A stretch of DNA of 36,442 nt. Origin: an uncultured Burkholderiaceae bacterium. GTDB lineage: Bacteria; Pseudomonadota; Gammaproteobacteria; Burkholderiales; Burkholderiaceae_E. Shown here piece by piece: positions 17,390 to 24,924 of the stretch. A program made the translations under genes and the position numbers. Positions within the stretch are counted from its first letter, which is position 1; the number at the start of each line of letters is the position of its first letter. The notes below the pieces were generated by a model. That model saw only the letters and a program-made list of their open reading frames with translations. It did not search any database and was not told where the DNA came from. The stretch is from positions 1 through 36,442 of the forward strand of contig CAYUYC010000002.1 in assembly GCA_964448945.1 (NCBI GenBank), read 5' to 3'.

Positions 17390-17905
17390 GTGAACTCCAT
17401 CACATCCCCTGGCGTCTACGACTTCTCCGCAGTCGCGATCAACGGCACCGAGGTCAAGCTCGACGCATTCCGTAGCAAAGTCCTGCTCGTTGTCAATACC
17501 GCGAGCGCGTGCAGATTCACCCCGCAATACGCCGAGCTTCAGGACCTTTACTCGCGCTTTCGTGACCGCGGATTCGCCGTCCTCGCCTTCCCGTGCAATC
17601 AGTTCGGTGCGCAGGAATCCGGCTCCGAAGATGAGATCGCGCAGTTTTGCTCCACGCGGTATGCCGTCGACTTTCCGCTCTTCGCCAAAATCGAGGTGAA
17701 CGGACCCGACGCGCACGCGCTGTTCCGATACCTGCGCAGCAGCAAGCCCGGCTTGTTCGGTTCCACCGCCATCAAATGGAATTTCACCAAGTTCCTGATC
17801 GATCGTGATGGACAGGTCGTCGCGCGCTATGCGCCGATGACCCCTCCGGCGCGGATCACGCAAGCGATCGAACGATTGCTCGACACACCCGCCGCCGCCC
17901 ACTGA
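17390..17905 (+). CDS. Glutathione peroxidase (BtuE-like)
   Basis: VYDF..., LLVVNTASACRFTPQY, LAFPCNQFGAQE, and the WNFTKFLIDRDG motif. GTG start, no clear SD. Confidence 0.85.
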   Translation: MNSITSPGVYDFSAVAINGTEVKLDAFRSKVLLVVNTASACRFTPQYAELQDLYSRFRDRGFAVLAFPCNQFGAQESGSEDEIAQFCSTRYAVDFPLFAKIEVNGPDAHALFRYLRSSKPGLFGSTAIKWNFTKFLIDRDGQVVARYAPMTPPARITQAIERLLDTPAAAH

Positions 17906-17950
17906 AGCACAGCGCCGGCGACACCTGCAACGACGCTCGGGTGCACGGCG

Positions 17951-18793
17951 CTAGACCGCGTGCTGTTCGAGCACGAAGTTCGCACCCTCGTACTGGGCCA
18001 GCGCTGCGGTCAACCAGGGCATCACACGCGCCAGGGTGTCATGCAGGACCCACGGCGGATTGAGGATGAACATGCCGCTGCCGAGCAGGCCGAAACCGTC
18101 AGGACCCGGCGCTTGCACGGTCATGCGCACATGCAACCAGCTCTTGGGTGCAAGCGGCTTGAGACGTTGCGGCAATTGCAGCGGTTCGGGACGCTTGAGC
18201 ACCGGGTACCAGACCATGAGCACGCATTCGGCAAACCGCTGGAGCGCATCGCGCACTGCGCTGACCACCTGGGCGTAATCGCTCTTGAGTTCGTAGGACG
18301 GATCGATGAGCACCGCCGCGCGCCGTGAAGGCGGCGGCAACTGCGCCTTGAGCCCGGCATAGCCATCGCCCTTGCGCACCTCGGTGTTGCGGCGTTTGCC
18401 GAACTTCGCATCGAGCAAACGATGGTCGGTCGGATGCAATTCGTACAGGCGCAAGCGGTCTTGCTCGCGCAGCAATTGCGCCGCGACTTCGGGCGAGCCT
18501 GGGTAATGCCGCAGCGGCCCGCTCGAATTGAAGCGGCGCACCAGGGCCACGTAATCCGCCACCTCGGGCGGCAGATCGTCGCGCGTCCAGAGGCGCCCTA
18601 TGCCTTGCACGTATTCGGCATGCTGTTGCGCGTATTTCTCGTCGAGCGCGTAGCCGCCGGCACCGGCATGGGTGTCGATCAGCCAGTACGGCTTGTCCTT
18701 CTCGCCGAGGTAGCGCAGCACCTGCATGAGCACGAGATGCTTGAGGACGTCGGCATGGTTGCCGGCATGGAAGGCGTGGCGATAAGCGAGCAT
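17951..18793 (-). CDS. rlmJ: 23S rRNA (adenine2030-N6)-methyltransferase RlmJ
   Basis: From the ATG at 18793 the protein starts MLAYRHAFHAGNHADVLKH, the canonical RlmJ N-terminus. Further on it has YPGSP and IDPSYE motifs. The ORF-track TTG extension is discarded. Confidence 0.85.
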   Translation of the reverse strand: MLAYRHAFHAGNHADVLKHLVLMQVLRYLGEKDKPYWLIDTHAGAGGYALDEKYAQQHAEYVQGIGRLWTRDDLPPEVADYVALVRRFNSSGPLRHYPGSPEVAAQLLREQDRLRLYELHPTDHRLLDAKFGKRRNTEVRKGDGYAGLKAQLPPPSRRAAVLIDPSYELKSDYAQVVSAVRDALQRFAECVLMVWYPVLKRPEPLQLPQRLKPLAPKSWLHVRMTVQAPGPDGFGLLGSGMFILNPPWVLHDTLARVMPWLTAALAQYEGANFVLEQHAV

Positions 18794-18902
18794 GGCCGCG
18801 ATGATACGGTGCGCTGGCCCGCCGTCCTGCGCCAAACGCCGTCGCCGAACGCGCGTCGGTTGACCGCATACGCCGGCGCGCGTGGGCGCCGTGCAAACGC
18901 CG

Positions 18903-19646
18903 CTAGCGCCCCGACTTCGCGCGCCGCACCCGTACGAGGATCGACGGCGGCGGGCCTTTCTCGCGCTTGACCTCGAACTGACTCATCGCACCGAGCAAAT
19001 CGCTGAGCTTTTTGTAGCCCCAATTGCGCGGATCGAAATCGGGCGCCTGTTTGGCCACATTGCTCCCCACGCCGCCCAGATGCGCCCATCCGTCGTCGTC
19101 CGAGGCTGCATCGATGGCGCTGCGCAGCAGGCCCACGAGCTTGGCGTCGCGGCCGAGTTCATCGGCCGATTTGCCCGTGGCGCTCGCATCCGGCTCGTCC
19201 TTGAACAACAGCACGTCGGTGTAGATGAAACGATCGCAGGCCGAGACGAAGGCCGAGGGCGTCTTGCGCTCGCCCACCCCGTAGACCGTGAGCCCTTCTT
19301 CGCGGATGCGCGACGCCAGTCGGGTGAAATCGCTGTCGCTCGACACGATGCAAAACCCGTCGAACTGCTTTTTGTAGAGCAGGTCCATCGCGTCGATGAC
19401 CATGGCGCTGTCGGTCGCGTTCTTGCCCACGGTGTAGCGAAACTGTTGGATCGGCTGGATCGAATGCTCGAGCAGCACTTTCTTCCAACCGCCCAGATTG
19501 GGCGTGGTCCAATCGCCGTAGATGCGCTTGACGCTGGCGACGCCGAGTTTGGCCACTTCGGCGAGCAGCCCTTCGATGATCGACGGCTGCGCATTGTCGG
19601 CATCGATGAGGATCGCCAATCGATCGGACAAGTCCTTGTCGTTCAT
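18903..19646 (-). CDS. NYN-domain (LabA/DUF88-like predicted RNase) protein with a C-terminal OST-HTH/LOTUS domain
   Basis: NYN pattern AILIDADNA...RIYGDW...ATDSAMVIDAMDL...FCIVSSDSDFTRLASRIRE.G..VYG. LOTUS pattern GWAHLGGVGSNVAKQAPDFDPRNWGYKKLSDLL. ATG at 19646 with GGGAG upstream. Confidence 0.8.
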   Translation of the reverse strand: MNDKDLSDRLAILIDADNAQPSIIEGLLAEVAKLGVASVKRIYGDWTTPNLGGWKKVLLEHSIQPIQQFRYTVGKNATDSAMVIDAMDLLYKKQFDGFCIVSSDSDFTRLASRIREEGLTVYGVGERKTPSAFVSACDRFIYTDVLLFKDEPDASATGKSADELGRDAKLVGLLRSAIDAASDDDGWAHLGGVGSNVAKQAPDFDPRNWGYKKLSDLLGAMSQFEVKREKGPPPSILVRVRRAKSGR

Positions 19647-19686
19647 TGGGACTCCCACATGGCACGCCACGCGCGCCGGTTGATGT

Positions 19687-20694
19687 TCAGTCGGTCAACG
19701 CAAGTGCGGCAAAGCTGGCGAGCCAATGGCTGCCGACATACGCGCCGCCCGATACCTGCGGCAGCGCCGCTTCGAGATGCGCGGTGATCGCCTGGTCGAA
19801 TTGCAGCGCCTGTTGCGGCCCGACCGCGGGACGCAAACGCCGCATGCACCACGCACGCGACAGGTTGAGCCCATCGAGATGCGCGAGCTTGGGATCCTTG
19901 CGATCGCCGACGTTGGCCGGCGCAAGCCACACCGCGAAGTCTTCGCCCTTGGGGCAGAACTCGCCCCACCAGACCGAGAAGCCGAGCCCGGTCATCAGCC
20001 GCTGCATCAGCGCGGCCTCGCACAACCCCGCCGACAAGAATTCATCGGCGCTCGGCTCGTAGCGCGCGGGATAGTCCTTGTCGCGCCCGTACCAGCGCTC
20101 GGCGGTCTCGCGAATCGCCTTGGCCAACAAGGTGTCGCCGGCCTGACTCGCCCATTCGAACGCGAAAGCCAGCGCGAAGGCGGTGTTGCCATGCGCCCCG
20201 CCGCGCTGCGGATACGGCGCACGCTGCAGATACTCGCGCAGGCGCAGCGCCAGATCGCGCGCGAGCGGATCGATCGCGTCGGACCATCGCCGCGCGACCG
20301 GTTCGGCCTGCGCCAACAATTCGGCCTCGTGCGCGAGCTTGAGCAGCCAGGCCCATCCGTAAGGTCGCTCGAACGCCGCGCGGCCGTCGACGCGCAGATA
20401 GGCGCGCTCCGCTTCCACATGGTCGGGCGTGAGATGGGCGTTCAGCGTCTCGACCACCGGCCGCGCGAGCGGAATGCGCCGATGCAAACGAATGCAGCGC
20501 ACGAGCAGCCAATGCATGTGCACGCTCGAATGCCAGTCGTAGCTGCCGAAGAAGGCCGGGTGCAATTGCCGCGGCGTGCGCGCATCTTCATCGCCGTGCA
20601 TGAGGTGCTGCACATGACTCGGGTACTCGGTGCTCACATTCGCGAGCGCGAGACCGGCGTAATCATTGGCCAGGGCGGAGGTGAACTCGTGCAT
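19687..20694 (-). CDS. DUF2891-like protein of unknown function
   Basis: About 335 aa, soluble-looking. The motifs FFGSYDWHSSVHMHW and HLDGLNLSRAW are what I recall for DUF2891. The start is uncertain (ATG at 20694 or 20706, or GTG at 20730). Confidence 0.55.
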   Translation of the reverse strand: MHEFTSALANDYAGLALANVSTEYPSHVQHLMHGDEDARTPRQLHPAFFGSYDWHSSVHMHWLLVRCIRLHRRIPLARPVVETLNAHLTPDHVEAERAYLRVDGRAAFERPYGWAWLLKLAHEAELLAQAEPVARRWSDAIDPLARDLALRLREYLQRAPYPQRGGAHGNTAFALAFAFEWASQAGDTLLAKAIRETAERWYGRDKDYPARYEPSADEFLSAGLCEAALMQRLMTGLGFSVWWGEFCPKGEDFAVWLAPANVGDRKDPKLAHLDGLNLSRAWCMRRLRPAVGPQQALQFDQAITAHLEAALPQVSGGAYVGSHWLASFAALALTD

Positions 20695-20781
20695 GCCGCG
20701 CACCATACGCGAAGGTGTGCGGCATTGCACGCGTCGGTCGGACGCGCGTTTTGGGCAAGCCCGACGCGCCCGACCGGCCGA

Positions 20782-21696
20782 TCAAGCGCCGAAGAAATGC
20801 TTGCGGTAGCGCTCGCTCATGCGCGACAAGGACAACAACATCAGGAAGTCGGCCGAGTTGAAATCGGGATCCCAGGCCGGTGCGCCGCAGATCATCGCGC
20901 CGACACGCAGATAGCCTTTCACGAGCGGCGGCGCTTCCACCTCGAGCGTGGTGTCGAGCTTCTCGATCGGCAGCGCGAGCCGCGGGAAGATCTGATATTC
21001 GGCCGGCGCCAGATGCTTGGCCTCCAGCGCGCGATACAGCGAGGCCGCGGTATGCCCGCCGTCGCGCATGCTGATGCTGGCACAACCGATCAGGTGTTCG
21101 TAGCCGCCCGCGCGCATGTACTCGGCGATCCCCTTCCACAACAGCATGATCACCGCGCCGCTGCGATAGTCCTGGTGCACGCACGAACGCCCCAGTTCGA
21201 CCATGTTGTGGCGCAGATGCGCAAGCCGGGTCAGAAAGAATTCGCTCTCGCTGTAATAGCAGCCGATCTTCTTGGCGGCATGCGGCGCGAGGATGCGATA
21301 GGTGCCGATCACCTGCAGCGTCTTGTTGTCGCGCACGATCAGGTGGTCGCAAAACCGGTCGAACATGTCCTGATCGATGCGCCGGCCTTCTTCGTCGACC
21401 ACATGCGCCAAGCCGGCGCCCATTTCTTCGGCAAACACCTTGTAGCGCAAGCGTTGTGCTTCACGCACTTCGGCCGGCGTGCGCGCAAAGCCGACGGTGA
21501 AGCCATGCACTTCCTGCGATTGAATGCGTTTGGCGACCGCCGGGCGGCCCAGCTTCGTGCGCGTGATCTCGATGCGCGCGCGCGTGCCTTCGATCATGCG
21601 CTTGGGCAACGCGAGCAAACCGCCGCCGCTGCGGCGCTCGACCTCGGCCGGCGCGAACAACGCGGCAAACGGCGAGGGAAAACTGTCCTTGGCCAT
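20782..21696 (-). CDS. GNAT-type N-acyl amino acid synthase, OlsB-like (Acetyltransf_5 / hemolysin-like family)
   Basis: 304 aa, with GGAGG upstream of the ATG. Motifs: EAQRLRYKVFAEEMG, DHLIVRD....VIGTYRIL, ELGRSCVHQDYRSG, PPLVKGYLRVGA. Confidence 0.65.
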   Translation of the reverse strand: MAKDSFPSPFAALFAPAEVERRSGGGLLALPKRMIEGTRARIEITRTKLGRPAVAKRIQSQEVHGFTVGFARTPAEVREAQRLRYKVFAEEMGAGLAHVVDEEGRRIDQDMFDRFCDHLIVRDNKTLQVIGTYRILAPHAAKKIGCYYSESEFFLTRLAHLRHNMVELGRSCVHQDYRSGAVIMLLWKGIAEYMRAGGYEHLIGCASISMRDGGHTAASLYRALEAKHLAPAEYQIFPRLALPIEKLDTTLEVEAPPLVKGYLRVGAMICGAPAWDPDFNSADFLMLLSLSRMSERYRKHFFGA

Positions 21697-21783
21697 GCAA
21701 CCTCCATGCGTAGATCCATTGCGAATGCACGCACGCTATGGGCTGCGGATTGCGCCAAGAAGTCAGATCGATGAATGCACGAT

Positions 21784-21807
21784 GACGGCGCCGCGCCGGG
21801 CGCCGTC
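21784..21807 (-). terminator. GC-rich hairpin just downstream of the DUF3047-like gene (no U-tract)
   Basis: GACGGCGCC (21784-21792), a 6-nt loop, then GGCGCCGTC (21799-21807). Confidence 0.35.
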
Positions 21808-21818
21808 GGGACGCAGGT

Positions 21819-22640
21819 TCATTGCGCCAATTGCTGGCGCGGCGCGACGAATTGGAATTCGCCGTAATAGGCGGTGACGTGCGCGCCGGTGTTGTCGGAA
21901 TCGGTCATCACGCTCACACCCAGCACGCGGCCCGGCATTTCGCCGAACGCGCGTCGGAAGTCCTCGACCACATCGCGCTCGCGCCATTGCCAGCGCCCGA
22001 CGCCTTCGCGTCCGGTTTGGGCAACGACCATCTTGACCCGCGAGGTGTAGGCGTTGTCGATCACCGTGCCTTCGGGTTGCCGGTTCTCCCAGATGTACAT
22101 GAGCGTTGCGTAGGGCAACTCATTGCCGGTGAGCAGGCGCACCTGGTCGGCGACGATGCGTTCGCGCAAGGGCAGCTTGGCGCGATCCCCCTCGAAGATC
22201 AGCATCACGCGCACCGGCGCGTCTTCGAGATCGCGGCGCGTGTTGTCGGCATCGGCGATCAGTTCGCTCACCTTCCATTGCCAGCGCAAGACGCTGCCTT
22301 GCGCCAGATCGATCGGCAGATCGCGCCGCAGCCCGGAGGCGGAACCATCGGCCACCGCCTTGAGCACCGCCTGGACGCGCGTGTCGCCCTCCCATTGCGG
22401 CACTTCGTCGAGCACGACGGAATAGGCGGTCTCCTTCTTGTCGCGCCTGACCTTCCAGCGCACCCAGCCGTCGGGCGCCGTTGCGCCCTGGGTCATCGCC
22501 CAGGTGCCGGACGCCAGCGCGCGCGCCACGGCCGCCGGATCTTGCGCCGGCGCAGTCGCGCATCCGGCCGCCATGACCATGGCGGCAAGCAACAAGGCGC
22601 GAAGAGGAAGTGGAAACACGGGATCGGGAAGGGGAATCAT
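21819..22640 (-). CDS. DUF3047-like secreted protein or lipoprotein
   Basis: 273 aa with signal peptide LLLAAMVMAAGC. Body motifs (LRWQWKV, DLEDAPVRVMLIFEGD, TLMYIWEN) match what I recall of DUF3047. Confidence 0.5.
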   Translation of the reverse strand: MIPLPDPVFPLPLRALLLAAMVMAAGCATAPAQDPAAVARALASGTWAMTQGATAPDGWVRWKVRRDKKETAYSVVLDEVPQWEGDTRVQAVLKAVADGSASGLRRDLPIDLAQGSVLRWQWKVSELIADADNTRRDLEDAPVRVMLIFEGDRAKLPLRERIVADQVRLLTGNELPYATLMYIWENRQPEGTVIDNAYTSRVKMVVAQTGREGVGRWQWRERDVVEDFRRAFGEMPGRVLGVSVMTDSDNTGAHVTAYYGEFQFVAPRQQLAQ

Positions 22641-22790
22641 GCCGGGGCCACGCCAGACGCCGACCCGCGGCCCGCATTGTCGCAGAGACGCCGCGCGAGC
22701 GGCACGCGTCGACTAGAATCCGCACATCGCATGCGCGTCCTGTCGTGCTGCGCCAGCGTCTTGCGCACACCCCGCCCCATTGCCTCGCCG

Positions 22791-23192
22791 ATGTTCAATC
22801 AATTCCTGCGTTTTCTGATCGTCGGCGGCATCGCTGCGGCGACCGACATGGTGGTCGCCGTCGTCGCGATCGAGGTTCTCGGTCTGTTCACCGAGTACGA
22901 ACTCGCGCCGATCATCAAGCTTGCCGTCAATGTCGCGGGCATCCTGCTCGCTTCGGTCGTGGCTTACGCCGGACTGCGACGCTGGGCCTTCGCGAGCCAT
23001 CAACCGCATCGCAGTGCCTTGCCGCGGTTCGTGGCGATGTCGCTGGGCGCCGTGGTCATCGACGAATTGGCGCTGCTGGCCCTGCTCCAGTTGACGCCGC
23101 TGTCCTATCAATCGGCCTTGGCGATCACCCTGATCGCCACCGCCGGTCTGGTGTTCTACGTCGCCAAGCGATGGGTCTTCATGGCGCGCTGA
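22791..23192 (+). CDS. GtrA-family small membrane protein
   Basis: Only the last 133 codons of the 456-aa track ORF are credible. The ATG at 22791 gives MFNQFLRFLIVGGIAAATD..., four hydrophobic spans, and the C-terminal RWVF typical of GtrA-like proteins. Confidence 0.6.
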   Translation: MFNQFLRFLIVGGIAAATDMVVAVVAIEVLGLFTEYELAPIIKLAVNVAGILLASVVAYAGLRRWAFASHQPHRSALPRFVAMSLGAVVIDELALLALLQLTPLSYQSALAITLIATAGLVFYVAKRWVFMAR

Positions 23193-23250
23193 ACGCGGTC
23201 ATGGCATTGCGGGGCGCCGCGTAGAATCGGCCCCTCGCCAAGGAGTCCTC

Positions 23251-24651
23251 ATGTTCGACAACCTGTCCCAACGCCTCGCCAAGGTCGTCAAGACCATGCG
23301 CGGCGAAGCGCGCATCACCGAAGCGAATTCGGCCGACATGCTGCGCGAGGTGCGTCTGGCCCTGCTCGAGGCCGACGTTGCGCTGCCGGTGGTCCGCGAA
23401 TTCATCGCCAACGTCAAAGCCCGCGCGCTGGGGCAAGAAGTCATCGCGTCGCTCTCGCCGGGTCAGGCCTTGGTGGGTGTGGTGCAGCGCGAGCTCACCG
23501 CCATCATCGGCGGCAGCGCCGATGCCAAGGCCGCGGAACTCAACTTCGCCACCACGCCGCCCGCCATCATCCTGATGGCCGGTCTGCAAGGCGCGGGCAA
23601 GACGACCACCACCGCCAAGCTCGCGAAGTGGCTCAAGGAATCCCTCAAGAAGAAGGTCCTCGTCGTTTCGGCCGACGTCTACCGCCCGGCGGCCATCAAG
23701 CAATTGGAAACCGTCGCCGGACAAGTGGGGGTCGACTTCTTCCCCTCGACGCCCGACCAGAAGCCGGTCGACATCGGCCGCGCCGCGATCGATTGGGCCA
23801 AGCGGCATTACCACGACGTGGTGATCGTCGATACCGCCGGCCGCCTGGGCATCGACGAGGCCATGATGGCCGAGATCCGCGCACTGCACGACGCGCTCGA
23901 TCCGATCGAAACCCTGTTCGTCGTCGACGCGATGACCGGCCAGGACGCGGTCAACACCGCCAAGGCTTTCGGCGATGCATTGCCGCTGACCGGTGTGGTG
24001 CTCACCAAGCTCGACGGCGATGCGCGCGGCGGCGCGGCATTGTCGGTGCGGCATGTCACCGGCAAGCCGATCAAGTTCGCCGGCATCGGCGAGAAGCTCG
24101 ATGGCCTGGAGGTCTTCCATCCCGACCGCATGGCGCAGCGCATTCTCGGCATGGGCGACATCCTCGCCCTGGTCGAAGAAGCGCAAAAGGGCGTGGACAT
24201 CGAAGCGGCCCAGCAGATGGCCGAGAAGTTCAAGAAGGGCGGCGGCTTCGATCTCGATGACTTCAAGGCCCAGCTCGGTCAGATGAAGAAGATGGGCGGG
24301 CTGTCCGGGCTGCTCGACAAACTGCCTGCGCAATTCCAAGCCGCCGCCGGTCAGGCCGACATGGGGCAGGCCGAGAAGCAGGTGCGGCGCATGGAAGGGA
24401 TCATCAATTCGATGACCCGTCTCGAACGCGCCAAGCCCGAATTGATCAAGGCCAGTCGCAAGCGTCGCATCGCCGCAGGTGCGGGCGTGCCGGTACAGGA
24501 AGTGAATCGCCTGCTCAGCCAGTTCGAGCAGATGCAGGGGATGATGAAGAAGATGCAAAAGGGCGGCCTCGCCAAGATGATGCGAGGCATGAAGGGCTTG
24601 ATGGGCGGTGGTTCTCCCTTCGGTGGCCGAGGAGGCCCGATGGGTCGCTGA
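23251..24651 (+). CDS. ffh: Signal recognition particle protein Ffh
   Basis: MFDNLSQRL start, GLQGAGKTTT, DTAGRL, TKLDGDARGG, and a Met-rich M domain. AGGAG at 23241-23245. Confidence 0.95.
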   Translation: MFDNLSQRLAKVVKTMRGEARITEANSADMLREVRLALLEADVALPVVREFIANVKARALGQEVIASLSPGQALVGVVQRELTAIIGGSADAKAAELNFATTPPAIILMAGLQGAGKTTTTAKLAKWLKESLKKKVLVVSADVYRPAAIKQLETVAGQVGVDFFPSTPDQKPVDIGRAAIDWAKRHYHDVVIVDTAGRLGIDEAMMAEIRALHDALDPIETLFVVDAMTGQDAVNTAKAFGDALPLTGVVLTKLDGDARGGAALSVRHVTGKPIKFAGIGEKLDGLEVFHPDRMAQRILGMGDILALVEEAQKGVDIEAAQQMAEKFKKGGGFDLDDFKAQLGQMKKMGGLSGLLDKLPAQFQAAAGQADMGQAEKQVRRMEGIINSMTRLERAKPELIKASRKRRIAAGAGVPVQEVNRLLSQFEQMQGMMKKMQKGGLAKMMRGMKGLMGGGSPFGGRGGPMGR

Positions 24652-24829
24652 CCCCGGGTTGCTGACGCCAGGAGAAGCGCTAAATCTAGAGTCAACCCTT
24701 TCCGAGCGGCTCTAAGTTTAGTACGGATAGTGTCTCGACCATATGCACACGAACCACTTCGCGTGACGATTTCGCCCACAGCCCCCTAGAGAAAATGCAC
24801 AACAGCCCATTCCTTTTCATCCAAATTCC

Positions 24830-24858
24830 TTGACATTCGTTTTTTCTTCGCCGATGCT
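24830..24858 (+). promoter_or_regulatory. sigma70-type promoter candidate for the H1-like/SWIB gene
   Basis: Consensus -35 TTGACA (24830-24835), a 17-nt T-rich spacer, then GATGCT (24853-24858). An AT-rich stretch lies upstream. AGGAGA sits 8 nt before the ATG at 24925. Confidence 0.4.
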
Positions 24859-24924
24859 GCGCGCGTCATGATTGACAGCGCCGCAAACTCCTGTTTGGCG
24901 CCCTTTCCCTAGGAGAACCGCACC

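Noticed and set aside
19726-21774. 682-aa + strand ORF spanning the DUF2891 and OlsB-like loci.
   Set aside because: It is antisense to two ORFs that have coherent domain-like motifs and an SD. It crosses an intergenic hairpin region and has low-complexity R/A/G composition.
21822-22790. N-terminal 323 codons of the 456-aa + strand ORF that ends as the GtrA-like protein.
   Set aside because: That part is antisense to the DUF3047-like gene and is R/A/G/H-rich. Only the segment from the ATG at 22791 has membrane-protein character.
23179-24558. 459-aa minus-strand ORF opposite ffh.
   Set aside because: Ffh is unmistakable on the + strand, so this antisense frame is a GC artefact.
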